Of a stretch of DNA of 64,000 nucleotides, positions 51,101 to 63,650 are shown one piece after another; within the stretch, counting starts at the first letter, position 1, and each line of letters opens with the position of its first letter. This DNA comes from Mytilus californianus (taxonomy: Eukaryota): positions 21,514,001 to 21,578,000 of the forward strand of contig NW_026262734.1 of assembly GCF_021869535.1 (NCBI RefSeq), written 5' to 3'. The notes beneath the pieces are model-generated. The model was not told where the DNA came from and made no database searches. It worked only from the letters and a program-made list of their open reading frames with translations. The translations under genes were made by a program, and so were the position numbers.

Positions 51101-54100
51101 CTATTTATAGACAGTTGTTATTCGGCTTCTGGAAAACTGTAAGAAATATGTACAGAATAAAAAATCAAGTTTAACTCACTGGCATCCTGTTCTGGGCTGG
51201 TTTTCCCAGAAGACAGATCCAAGGTAAGAGGATAAATGATTTTAGGCATTTTAAAGTAAAGTTATCTCTATGATATGAATTTTGAGTTACGCAAATCTGA
51301 GTGACTAAATCCAAAAGCCTTCTGCCTTTTATTACCTGATTACTCTATAATTGGTTTTAATCATTAACAATTGGACAGATGACAGAAGCTACCAAAAACA
51401 ATCGAAAAAGATGTTTATGATGAAGCAATAGCCATCAAACAACGACACATTAATGTTGTACAAAGTAAATAAGTAAGTAAGTAAAACTTTATTTTGATTC
51501 GGCATATTGACAAACATATTACAACATAAGCTCTAATGAGCTTTTCACCGAATATAAAAACATATGCAATAACAAGTAAAACAAGGCATGCAGCATGCAA
51601 ACAAATTGTAATAAAACAGCACCAAATGTTTGATTTTTAATATGTCAGTTTTTATAGCTGTTTTTGAGGGTTTTTTTTTTTTTTCATGAAACATTGATGT
51701 AGTTAAATTTGCTGTATGGAATCTGTTGATATTTAACACACTGAGTGGTTTCCTCAAGACCAGGTTGCTTTCACCATTGACTCTTTTAAGATTTGTTGTT
51801 CCAAAGTTATTATATTCTATTTGTGAAAAAATTTATACAATTTACTGTTGTCTCATGATTTTTCCAGTTTACTTTACAGATTTTTATTGAATGACGATAC
51901 ATTTTCTATGTATGTCCTTGAGTTTAAGATCTGACTTAGAATTAAGGGACTTTCTTTCTTAATTCATCAATTACAAGCATTTTTATATCAGATAAATCAA
52001 AATACTGAAACAGGAGATTCTTAAATTTTTTTCTAATATAATTTTTTCTATTTTCAGTTTGCATGCATCTATGCCGTTTGTAGTTAAACAGTTACAGTTA
52101 TTATGGAGTGAAAAGATGATAAGACTGATGTTTGCTGATCTCTTAAACTACATAGAAATAGATACAGAGAAAGCCAGTAAAAATCCTTCACCTTCAAAAA
52201 GTAGGTCACCACATCCTAATCTTAATCTTCACTGAATTATATATAAATCCGTAGAAAACCAACACAATTTTCTGTCTTCAAAGAGAAGGTTACTGCTTTT
52301 GAATCTGCATTAAAAAAACAATTATTCACTTTCCAAAATAAGGTCAAAACATCTCAATTAATTAGACTTTTGCTAACAAAGCCAATAGAATGATTCACAT
52401 AATCTTAATGTACATAGAAAAAATCCTGATAGTGCCAACAAAAAATTCTGCATCTTGGAGAAATAAATTATTGCATCTGAAATCTTCATAGAAATTTCTA
52501 CTTAAAGCAGTCAGGGGTGTTACTTAAACAAGTTATTTTTTTAAGTTACTTATATAAGTAATTTTTGTTTTTAAAAATAATAAAATTACTTAATAGAGTT
52601 ATTTTAAATTTCAATAGAAGCATAGACTAAATGTAGTTTTCATGAATTTTTACATCATTTTATATCATAAAATAAAGAATTTATTAGATTTGAGAGGAGT
52701 ATAGAGATAAAGGGTTACTTTAAAAATAATGACAAAAATATTACTTGAATAAGTTATTTTATACATTTTTGAAAAAAATAGTAATAACACTTATTGAAGG
52801 AACATATGTAATTGATTTTGGTTACAAGTTATAAATAACTTCAAGTCTTAATTAATTCACAAGTATTAATCTATTTATATCAGTCTGCCTTCAAGATTTT
52901 GGAGGAAAATGATAATTTAATAGTCCCATGAGACCAATCTTTGACCCAGAAGCGTCAGTATGAAAGATAAGTGCGTCAGAAAGTTAATTAGTGTTTCAGA
53001 AGGATTAGATTTTATATTTCATGGGAAAAATAACCAGATGACTGTGAAAATTTGTTAAAGCTACTAAAATCTGTATAATCCGACACCTATAAAAATAATA
53101 TTCAGAAAAGTTACTTATATAAGTAATATTTAAAATAGCCTCGTTTTCAACATTACTTGTATAGGTAATTTTAATTGTTACTTATTTAAGTAATGCCCCT
53201 GACTGTAAAGAGAAAAACTATAAATCTCTTAATTTCTCTACATCATAACAGAATTTTTCTAGAGAGAAAGCAAATTCTAAAATAATCTTTTGTATCTTGA
53301 CATGCATATTGATACAGATCTTGCAAACAGAAAAAAAACCAATTCCTTTCATAAGAAGGTAACTGTTGATTAATTGACAAGAAAATGTATGCATAGAAGT
53401 TGCAGTACATATTTTATAATCAATATTTATGTTATGCATTTATTGTGTTAAAGCATATTAATTTTTGTTATAGATATATTGAAGAAAGCACTAGATAAAG
53501 CTTCAACAAAATCATCAGGATCTAAAATCAAATTAGATAGTTCTGTTAGTACCTCTACATGTCTACCATGTGTCCTATACCAGAGAACAATCAACACTTT
53601 ATCACAACTCAGAATGGATATTCTTGGAGGTAAGATAAATCAACACTTTATCTTAATTCAGAATGGATATACTCAGAGGTAAGTCAACACTTTATCACAA
53701 CTCGGAATGGTTCACTTGAGATGAGATGGATTAAAACCATGTTTTAATTGTCATAATTGATATTGTCTAACTGTCTTTGAGATAGGTTGCTTGTTGAGAG
53801 ATAACTCAACACTTTATTATAACTCAGGATGTATATACTGAGTGGCAAGTTGTCTATTTTAAAAGTAAGTTACATGATTATCACTGAACATAACCAACCC
53901 GTTGTTTAAATTTAGTCACGTGTATTAGTTTCTTGTTGAAAGTCTTAATAACAGTATATTCAAAGTTAAATGAGATCAGTGTCTAATAAAACAAGTCCCC
54001 TTACAACATCATATAAACTAGATATATTTCAATGTTACAGGTTTAAGTTACAATGATGTATTATTACCAATTTTGTGGAAGTTTTTAGTGGACCTTGGAC

Positions 54101-57100
54101 CAAATTGTGGATTGAAGAGTTTTTTAGAGCTTCTTAGTCAAGCACCAAACAGTACTATTCACCCAGTATTTAGTCTTCTGACCGTGTTTTGTGATGCAGC
54201 CAGTCATTTCATTATGTAAGTATGTCTAGCCTGTCTATTAATTAGGAATGTTTAGTTATTTTGTAGGTCGTTTTATATATATTGCTCCAGTGACCTATAG
54301 TTGCTCACTTCAACATCATTTGGTGTCTGTGGAAAGTTGTTTCATTGGCAATCATACCACTTTTTCTTATTTTTATATTGAAAATATGTAAGTTAGATAT
54401 TAAACATTTTAAGCCTTGTTCAAATATTGTTTTTAAGTACAATTTGCAGTGTTCAGACATTTTAGCTTGATTTTTCACCTGATCATGGATACATTAGGAC
54501 TGTTAGGAATACTTTTGCAGTTATTCATTATCTTTTTGAATCCTGGAACATATGAAAACATGATATATATAGAATAATGGCATTTTTGTTTTTGATACTG
54601 ACTATCGAGAGAGCCGCTTAGTTGCGAGCAGAAAGTTGTTGGGTTGTATGAATGAAGTCTTGTGCATTTCATTGATAAATTGATGCGGAAAACCTTGAGC
54701 ATGTGACATTGCTGCACTGATACATAACATCATTGCCTAATATTTTCGAGTATCAAGTCCTGTCCATGATCTTAAAAATATTAGGCAGTAAGATCAAAGG
54801 AAAAATGTGCAAATTGCAGATAAAAAGAATTAGTAGGTTTTTTATTTGACAGATTCCTTATTAGTGTTTACCATACTTGTAAAAAAGTCCTGTCCAAATT
54901 ACTTATAGTAAAAACATGTAGGTTTCTACACCTATAATATCCTGGCAGACAAATACTGTTGATTCTTTACTATTCATTGGATACCAATTTTCATGGATTT
55001 GGTAGGTGAACCATGAATTTAAATGTTCAACAAATTTCAAATTTTCTATAAGCTTGTATGGAGACTTTGGCGAAACCAAGAAATCATATACCCACGAAAT
55101 GCAAATTTTCTTCAATCCATGCAAATTGATACCCACTAAAATCAATTCATACAAACTGATACCCACTAAAATGAATCCACAGAAGCAATAAGAAGGTGAA
55201 CTTTAGAATATTGGAACACTTAAATAATAATCAAAATTGACAACAACACTTCAACTGGTCTGCAGACCAGTTGAAGTGTTGTTGTCAATTTTGATTATTA
55301 TTTAAGTGTTGCATTCATTTGCATTATTTGAGAACCTGGCATACCAAAGTATCCACTTCATGGACTCTACCGAAAGGATTCACACATGTGTTGGTTCATC
55401 AGATGGAGTTTAATTTAGAATATTGCATATAGTGAGTTAGTGTAAAAGAGCGTTTGTTATACTGCTGTTTTGTAAACATTGTAGAACATTGGATGATATT
55501 GAAATGTATGAACAAGGCAGATTATTCAAACTTGAAGATTATGTAAAAATCAGTGAATTTCTGAACTGTTTTGTTTTCCGTGTTATCTGGAACAACTTGA
55601 TAGGTAAGTACTAGGATGATGCTGTAATGTAATCACAGTTAGTCAGTTAATATATGAATAAGGAGATGTGGTATGATTGCCAATGAGACAACTCTCCACC
55701 AGATATCAAATGACTAAGATATAAGCAATTATAGGTCACTGTATGGCCTTGTGCAATGAGAAAACCCCATACCATATATGTATAGTCAGCTATTAAAGGC
55801 CCTGACACGAAAAAAAAAAAAATCAGGAGCCTGTAAATGAGTTTTTGTTGTATACCTTATTTGTTTTCTGTTTATAGTTTTTGCAGAAAATAGGCCAATA
55901 GTTTTCTCTTTTTAATTGTTTCACATTTTTTTCCTGTTGAAATTTTTGCAATTTTAGAAAGATTGCAAAAATTTCAGATTTTACTCCAATCTGGATATCT
56001 TGAAAGATGTCCTGCAATGTTTTATATCATTATATTTCTTATTTCCCTTAAGCAATACATTTTACTTTCTGCAAAAAAAACTAATCATACAATATACCCT
56101 TGTATTTATAGACACAACAACAGCATTAACGTCTGATGTGTTTGGATCAACTCGTGGTCTATTGATGATACTCTATGAAAGAGATTGTAGACGAAGTTAT
56201 ACTCCTCCTAATCACTGGTTAATCAGGTAGGTACCTGTTAAAGTCACTGGGTTGTGAGGTAGGCATACCAAACTTTACCTCTAAAATAACTGGTTAATCA
56301 GGTAGGCATAACTTCTACTTTATTTGGTCTCTAGTGAAGAGTTGTCTCATTGGCAATCATACCACATCTTCTTTTATACTAAACTACATCCTTCAAAATC
56401 TGGTTAATGATCCCGTACACAGACTTAGCAACAAATCACTGATTTCTGATTGTGATTTCATTAATTGCTGCATATAAATAATGCCATAAAAATCTTTAAT
56501 GCCAGTTTTTCTTTTTGCAAAAATTTTTTAATATACATTTACCTGTTAGGTATACTTAACAACACCCTTCAGATCATGTAAATTTTGCAGTTAGATTGAA
56601 ATACACCTTCATCAAACCATAATTGGTTTATTAAAACTACCTACCTAGCACAATTTTTAGTGCAGGCTCACTGTACTATATCCTTTCAATTCACTTAGTT
56701 AAAAATTTCAAATTTTGCATTGATTTAAAATCAAAAGTTTAGATCTTTAATTAACAATACTTATATAATTACAAAAATAACACACAAATGGAGTGTTAAA
56801 ACAGTAATCAAACCGTAAATAACTAACAAGGAAATAAATGAACAAATCTTAACTGGTTATATGACTGCAAAGAGGTATAGTAATGGTCAATTTTCATCCA
56901 AAAAAAAATTAAACAAACATTTAATTGATATTTTCCAGAGCACACTTGATAAGACCAAACATATTTGAGGTCTTTATTCATTTTGACATCCTCTAAGAAG
57001 ATTTAATATATACTTCAAGGTGGAGAAAGATATTAGATATTCATCAATGACACAGCAATCCTACAACACAGAACAAATAAATGACAGCTAGATGCCAACA

Positions 57101-60100
57101 AATAATTTTTAACAATGTGTCCATACTGTATGTCTTAGTTCTAAAACACCCTGAGACTTTAAAATATGTGAATAAATCTAACAGAGATTATTAAAGAAAT
57201 GCCAACACCAAATTATATTAATAATCTCCATTTGATAAATTATAGGGATGTGAAGCCATCAGTATTCATGGCTGAATTGGAGAAGGGGAAGAAACCAGCA
57301 GTTTTTCTGATGCAGAGATTACCACACATCATTCCATTCTCAGAGGTATGCTTGGATTAACCATGATGTCTGTCTGTCATTATTAACCTGATACCTGTTT
57401 GTAAAAACAGTTAACTCTTCTTGTCTCGAACTCGGTTGACTCGAAATTTCGTATGAGTGGAAGTTTTCACATGGTTCTGAACTTTGTTCCATATAAATAT
57501 ATACATTTCGACTCCTGATGACTCGAAATTGGATGAGTCAAAATTTCGGTTGACTCAAACTAAATTTACGGTCCCAAGGTTAACAAAATCATTCAAAATT
57601 CATTATTTATCTTGAACTAATACACTGGTCCGACTGACTTCAAGATAAGAAAGTCAACTGTACATATATCTTTTCTTCTATGAAATTTGAAAACTTTTGT
57701 TTGCTTTCTTACTTTTATTTAGATAGAAGAAAAAAAATTCAGCATTGGTAATTTGATTATTATTTTAATGTTAAGTTTTAAATACATGAGCACAGTAACT
57801 ATATTATAAACTCATTATTGATTCTAGAATCATTTAAATAAATTGAACACATGTCTAAAAGTGACTCTATTTTCCAAATGATTTAATAAAAGTCATGCCT
57901 TTTTGTGAAATCCATTAGTTGTAAATAATGTACAATGTTTTGTTCTAAAGTGTTTTTTAAATTTGTAACTGTTTTTTAGAGAGTAAAACTATTTAGAAGA
58001 CATGTTAATAAAGAAAAAGAAGCAATGGGTTTTACAGAATCTGCCTGTACCTCTCCACAGTCTACACTCATATCTGTACACAGATCACGGATTGTAGAGG
58101 TAATATCTAATGTTGTTTTTGCAAAATAAGGTAAAAATAAACCCCTCACTTTACATTAACTCTTGTCTAATAGATGTTAAATAACGGACATGAATGATGA
58201 CACAAATGTTAAGAAACCTTTCCTATTAATCATCTCTGATTATAGGAATGACAAAGATAAACTTACTTTTCCTTTGGAAAGTTCTGTGATTCTCTCAGTT
58301 AATCTGGCTTCCTCCAGCAATAAAAACTGGCTGCCATGAAATAGCCAGTGTGCCAAAAGTGGTGTCAAACATCAACAATCAATCAATCAATCCTACCACA
58401 GATAAAAGAAAATAAAGCTGTCCAAATTCACATCCAGTTAGAAGAATTTATTCATTTTGCCTATGTCTAGATTTCATTAAAGATGGGTAAATAGGGTTTG
58501 ATATGTTGTTGACATATGTCGATATGAGGTAAATATACTTTTAGATCTTTCAGTAATATTCTTCAGTAATGAAGTAGTTCAAATATTCTGTTATTAATTA
58601 ACAAATTTAGCTACAAAACCAAAATTAATGACAAGTTCTATTTACAGGATGGTTACAGACAACTGGCACAGCTACCAACTAAATCCATGAAGGGGCTCAT
58701 CAGGGTGAAATTTATAAATGAACAGGTAAGATGTCATCCTTAGATTTTACCTCCATAAGTAAAAGTAAACAAGCAGTTCATTATAGAATCCATTTATTGT
58801 AAATTCACAAATTAATGTGCATTTATTATTGTGAATCCCTGATTACTGGTAAAAATGGAAAATTTAATAATGTGATTGCAAACATTTTGCGAAGGAAAAT
58901 CACTGCTGAAATTCTGAATAAAATTTTTTATTATTGCAAACCTGATACTCTTCCATTTTCGCATAAATGAAAACTTCACAATAATTTCTTAATATACAAT
59001 ATTTGGTATCAGTCGAAGGCCTATATTGTGGCACAGATCAGAACTAAATGACTTTTTATTGCAGAGGTGTTGACAGTAAGGATATTGTGGATATGTGAAG
59101 TCTTTGTATGAATACTATGATTTGAGCTAAGTCAGATAGAAATCGACCTTATGAAAATGAAAATCAATACATCTGTCAACCTATTTCAGGTTGACAAAAT
59201 CTTGACGGAAAGTCTGTAACTGTTTGAAAATTGAGTTGTTATAAGAACCCTACAAAACAGACCAACATTCATCTTTGATTTCGTATGTTAATGTTCCAAA
59301 ATCAACCAAAGTCTTATACATGTACAGGTATATGTGCACTTGCATAAGGCTGACTTCTATCCGACACAGCTCATTTGTTGTATGACATTATTCTTTATAA
59401 ACATAATCATATAAATGTAGGCAATCATATTTACTTTACAATTGTAGGGTTTAGATGAAGCAGGTATAGATCAGGATGGAGTATTTAAGGAATTTCTGGA
59501 GGAAACTATCAGCAGAGTGTTTGATCCTTCCCTCAACTTATTCAAGGTAGGATTTTATGGTTATAGAAGTTGAAGGGAAACCAGTTTTAAAAAAATGATT
59601 ATATAATACTAATCGTTCAACATTCTGAGACTTGAGATTTATCTTTAGATGTTGAATGTTTACAGGAAATTGACGAGTACTAGTTTTGATTGTCTCACCT
59701 TGATTAGATTCCTTTATAATGTAATCCTTCTATAAAAGATAATGAACATTATATCTTCAAATTGATAAAAATAAAAAATGTTTAAGATGATATTCAAATA
59801 TCAATTCAACTTTGTCAGTCTGAAATGTTAAATGTCTTTTGGTCTCTGGTGGATAGTTGCCTCATTGGTTATCAAGCCACATCTTCTTATTTTTATGTTA
59901 GAGGAAATCCACCCAGCTCATCTCACTCCAGTCATACACACTATTAAATTTTTCCAATTCAGCCATGAAATAACTCGAAATGGTCTTGCTAAAAGATGAA
60001 TCGCAGAACCGATCTTAAATTACGGCAGGGCGTTATGAAATACGATGGAAAAGGAGCGTGGCGCCTAATTTATTCCAAAAAAGGGCTGGGCGCCATACCA

Positions 60101-63016
60101 TTCCGAAACCTCCTGAAGAAAACACTATTATTTAATTTAAGAAGTGATTGAGAAATTGGCAACTTGCATGTATTTTTTTTCAACTTTGTGTTGGTCATGA
60201 ATTCACCAAAAATCAAACTACAAAATTGTCAAAAATATCTAAGTGTACAGTGTATTGCAACCTATACTTAACCTTTAATATATTGTTCCATATGTACATA
60301 AATATTGATGATTGCAGGTGACATCAGAACAAAAACTGTATCCATCATCAACATCTTATATCCAAGAAAATCATCTGTCCTTGTTTGAATTTGTTGGAAA
60401 AATGCTTGGTAAAGCTGTTTATGAGGTGAGTCCATCAATAACACTGTATCCATGACAAGTAATACTTTTTTTTATCCTATTGTTGTTTTAATAATAGATT
60501 TATTATACTTCAGCATTTTAAGAACTATTCAGAAGGACTTACAAAAAAAATTATGTACACTTTTTTTCATTTGAAAATCAGATGATAGGCTTTTACTACT
60601 GAATTTGTCTTGATTTATGAATATTAAGATCCTGTAATACCTTGCATGCCTTCAGTTTCATTTTTTGAATTGATAGTATATTTGTAACAGATTTATAAAG
60701 GCATGCAGATTTGATATTGTCTGAACAATTGAGACACAGTTGTTTTATAACACAAAATAAAAGGAACTGAGAAAGTGTAACAATAAAATAATTATTTCAT
60801 TATTAAAGAAAATACTTTCATTGCTGTGCTTTATCTCAATATGTTAAGCTTCATTTGGAGAGAGACATTCTTACATTCAGAAAAAATTCTTGTGAAGGTA
60901 AAATTTGCTTTAATATTTTCAGGGAATAGTTGTGGAAGTTCCTTTTGCTCCATTTTTCCTGACACAGATGTTAGGACATCAACAGAGCGCAACCTACAGT
61001 TCATTAGATGAACTTCCATCACTAGATCCAGAACTTGCCAAAAACTTGTCCTATGTTAAGGTAAAAAACTTGTATAGCTAAGGCCTAAAAAGAAAGAAAA
61101 GTATATGGATTTGTCTTTTAGCATGCAATTTAATTTACCCTTCCAAAAATTGTTGTCACTGGACCTTAAATATGAAACTGAATTCAGACATATTATGTGC
61201 ATTTATAGATGCGATTTTTTAAGAATGGACAAACGCTAGCTTAATTGCTGTGGTTTCAGAAAAATTTTGCATACCGATCAATGTTTCAGTTATCAGAATG
61301 TGAGTTCTTAATATTACGATACTCACTGAGTCACACTATTCACATTTCTACATATATCTACTGTAAATTCAGAAATATTTGCGAGGTTTTTATGAAAAAG
61401 AATAATGCGATTCCTTGAGTATAACAATAACAAACTTGCATTCTGATATCTGGTACATATATCTGTAATTAGCTTTTCCTAAAATTGCAATAATTAAACT
61501 CACATTTTTATTCATTCTTCAATGTGTAGTCTAAAATTTAAATACATTTTTATGTGACCAATTAGAATGAAACGAAGACCTTTATTTTATGCAAGAATTA
61601 AAAACCAGTAAAAATGTAGAAATTTATTGCAATTGCTATTAGGAATTATTAAAGACTAGACATAAACATCAGGATGCTGATCACTATGGATTTGACCTTG
61701 ATTTGACCCTGTTTTATATTATTGCTGTTTTTTTTGTATTGTGAAACTTATGTTGGATAAACTGGATTAACTTTGATTTGAGTGTAATTGATTGGTTTCG
61801 GTTTCCTTTTCACTACAGCACTATGAAGGTGATGTTGATGACCTTGGGTTGACCTTCTCATTAGATGAGGATATCATGGGAAGGGTAGAAACTCATGAGC
61901 TGGTTCCTGGTGGTAAAGCCATTCCAGTCACTAATGAAAACAAGTGAGTATATACAGTGAAATGTGACCTTTATTAACCTCTGTGTAACAAAGAATCTAT
62001 CCCTGGTGATAAATTATGTTATAGTCATTGAATGTATATGTTTGGATAAAATGAGATGTATGAGTAAATAATATTGAGACATCAACCCAACAACATACTT
62101 ATACCAATTCAAAGATGACACTAATGGTTTTGGATAAAATAATTATCTTTGTCACTTGCTCTATGTAGCTTGAATTCTAGACATGCTGGGAAAGAATTCT
62201 AAATTGACTACCAGGATCTACTCCATCATTAAATTAGAAACTAGAAATATTAAGAAACAGAATAAAATGCAAAAAAAATTAGATAACAGAATTAGATAAA
62301 AAAAAAAAACCTGTTCAGAAACAGAACAACATCCAAGGTTCATGACTTCAAAATTTATGGTAATCATTATATATGAAAAACTAAAACTATTCCGCATCAA
62401 AGGAACTTTTTAAAGAACATTCAATAACGGTGAACAATCATCAACAACATACAAATGTGGCTGTACCTGTTAACATGGTTACTTCTGTTTCATGGGAAAA
62501 TTAGAGAACTCAAAAGTTAGACCAGTATACTGAAACCATGGAAGATATAAAGACAATTTGATACCGAAGGGCTTTGGAGTAAATGTGCTTAAAACTTAAA
62601 ATTATAACTAGATGATACATTAAACCCTACAAACATATACACAACACAGTCATGTACTTTTTAAACAGAGACTAAGGGGTAATAATAAGCTTTTATTTAT
62701 TATGCTGCTTTCTTGGAAAACAATTATAATTTGCTTTTGAGATTTGTTTCTTAGTTACATTTATGAATTATGTCTGCAATATTGTTAGTGCAACTTGCAT
62801 CACAATTATCTTGGAACACATTTTCAATTTTAGAATCCGGTATGTACACCTGATGGCCCACTTTAGAATGTATAAACAGATAAAGGACCAAACACTAGCA
62901 TTCATCAGAGGATTTAAAGCTGTCATCAATTCTGATTGGTTATTGATTCTCTCAGCTCCGGAGTTACAGAAACTTATATCTGGTGACAATGCAGAATTAG
63001 ATATACAAGATTTAAG
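33196..63016 (+). CDS. UBE3B: Ubiquitin-protein ligase E3B-like (IQ motif + HECT), partial: 27 coding exons in window, 3' end beyond window
   Basis: Exons: 33196-33306, 37154-37203, 38822-38892, 39337-39401, 40281-40337, 41078-41182, 42189-42288, 43049-43128, 45011-45093, 45460-45565, 48915-49035, 49309-49343, 49787-49816, 51111-51223, 52058-52200, 53474-53629, 54041-54215, 55485-55603, 56112-56226, 57246-57345, 57980-58099, 58648-58725, 59448-59546, 60318-60425, 60923-61060, 61819-61943, 62834-63016. All phases are compatible (2786 nt, about 929 aa). Hallmarks recalled from vertebrate UBE3B: IQxxx[75 protein letters not shown]. Confidence 0.93.
33464..36375 (+). mobile_element. Helentron-derived non-autonomous element (HINE/DINE-1/pearl-like) with internal satellite arrays
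   Basis: 5' subTIR tttttatacgaccgc with a nearby inverted copy (ggtcgtata), then a (GTC)n microsatellite, about 2 units of a 160-bp repeat and a 126-136-bp array. It ends in a 3' subTIR gcggtcgtat (36340) and a short GC-rich stem-loop before a T-run. Confidence 0.8.
34560..36170. repeat. Satellite-like array, about 12 monomers of 126-136 bp in a higher-order trimer (about 398 bp)
   Basis: The gggtcc anchor lies at 34635, 34761, 34897, 35033, about 35158, 35285, 35421, 35556, 35682, 35817, 35953 and 36079. Three monomer types alternate. Confidence 0.9.
36618..36890 (+). repeat. Interspersed repeat family A copy
   Basis: Near-identical in reverse complement to 3600-3756. Confidence 0.85.
37880..38040 (+). 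repeat. Dispersed repeat with internal hairpin (second copy about 54700-54825)
   Basis: gacattgctgcactg...gcctaatatttt...gtcctgtccatgat...aaaaatattaggcagtaagatca...caaattgcagataaa occurs at both loci. Confidence 0.8.
39726..40165 (+). mobile_element. HINE/pearl-like element, family 2
   Basis: 5' ttatacccccgc with inverted gtggggttata, a (GTCC)n microsatellite, two copies of a core repeat (ttttctcaggaactacttgac...), the 3' subTIR gcgggggtat, and stem-loop gtgagc-agta-gctcac followed by agtttt. Confidence 0.85.
41315..41521. mobile_element. Tc1/mariner-type MITE (TA flanks)
   Basis: ta|ctgtggattcatt ... aatgaatccaaag|ta. A related copy lies in opposite orientation at 54956-55182. Confidence 0.7.
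42485..42680 (+). mobile_element. tRNA-derived SINE, 5'-truncated, (AATC)n tail
   Basis: B-box-like gttcgaatcc at about 42499, central ggttctctccaggcactctggcttcctcc (V-domain-like from memory), and tail caatcaatcaatc. A 3' fragment of the same family lies at about 58290-58392. Confidence 0.7.
43534..44085 (+). mobile_element. Truncated HINE, same family as 33464-36375, with about 3 x 160-bp repeats
   Basis: Same 5' end (tttttatacgaccgcaaaaaa) and (GTC)n tract. The gacaataact anchor lies near 43630, 43790 and 43950. No 3' subTIR found. Confidence 0.8.
44287..44676. mobile_element. Putative Kolobok-like MITE
   Basis: ttaa|gggagttcgctt ... aagcgaacatcc|ttta: imperfect TIR starting RR, with TTAA-like flanks. 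Confidence 0.45.
45518..47486 (+). repeat. 54-bp minisatellite x36 (+ partial) spanning the UBE3B exon 10 / intron 10 boundary
   Basis: Unit atgtctgtccctgctgttatacatcatgtgtccaatctgtcacaagag|gtaaat = last 48 nt of the exon + first 6 nt of the intron. 36 full units cover 45518-47461. Unit 28 carries gag>tag (47021-47023). Confidence 0.97.
48110..48290. mobile_element. Foldback MITE, about 78-bp TIRs, TA TSD
   Basis: agacggggataaatttgttatata...gaagtaccccagtaca and its near-perfect reverse complement ending ccccggtct, flanked by ta on both sides. Confidence 0.8.
50030..50309. repeat. 56-bp tandem repeat x5 within repeat family A
   Basis: caatgagacaactatccaccagagttcaaatgaagtggatataaacaattataggt starts at 50030, 50086, 50142, 50198 and 50254. 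Confidence 0.95.
52508..53205. mobile_element. Non-autonomous TIR element with 5-bp TSD
   Basis: Ends cagtcaggggtgttacttaaacaagt / acttatttaagtaatgcccctgactg, with taaag directly repeated at 52503-52507 and 53206-53210. Confidence 0.7.
54956..55182. mobile_element. Tc1/mariner-type MITE, same family as 41315-41521
   Basis: ta|ctgttgattcttt ... aatgaatccacag. The internal sequence is the reverse complement of the 41.3-kb copy. Confidence 0.65.
55215..55310. repeat. Perfect 96-bp spacerless palindrome
   Basis: The 48-bp arm aacacttaaataataatcaaaattgacaacaacacttcaactggtctg is followed immediately by its exact reverse complement. The centre is ctgcag. Confidence 0.95.
57407..57600. mobile_element. 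Truncated MITE-like fragment with repeated ctcgaa motifs
   Basis: gtctcgaactcggttgactcgaaatttcg...gactcgaaattggatgagtc: subterminal repeats like those of pogo/Tc1-type MITE ends. Only one end is evident. Confidence 0.4.
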
Positions 63017-63650
63017 GTAATAGTTCAAAGTTCACAATTTATGTGATGTGATATTAAAACTATCCAGTGTGGATAAAGAATTTAAGATAGAGTATGAGAT
63101 GTTTACAAACAAGGATTCAGCAATTTTTCCATACAATTTCAGTCATTTAAAGATGACTTGAAGGTTGGAGTTCATTTTTTAAAATGTCAAATTTATACTA
63201 TAAGTCACATCATCAACAAACTTGTATTGGGGGTTTCACAGCATTTACTTGATGACATTTCTAATCATTTTCATAAAAACATTCAAGAACAATTTATGGA
63301 ATGCAACATTAAAAAATTGACTTGACTTTAATGACCTAAATCTTTAAATTTCTTAGGAATTGACCACACTGCTTTTGATTTTGAGAAAAGAAATGAAAAC
63401 TGGAAGTTTCAAGTTAATCATAAATAACAAGTGATTCCAGATCCATCTATAGGGTTGATTCTGTTTATCATACGGCAGGAAATCATTGCATTTTAAATTT
63501 GATTAACTGTAACAGTGTTTAAATATAACTGATAATAGTTTACTCATTAAACTTGGCATGACATTATTTTACATTTTACAATGAAGTGTCTTATCTGGTG
63601 AAGACAGTTACACCATGCATATTACATAGTGGGACTTGTGATAAATTACT

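Noticed and set aside
60426-60460. Possible donor-spanning duplication after UBE3B exon 24 (actgtatccat)
   Set aside because: The match is only about 11 bp and does not include the donor, so it could be chance in AT-rich DNA.
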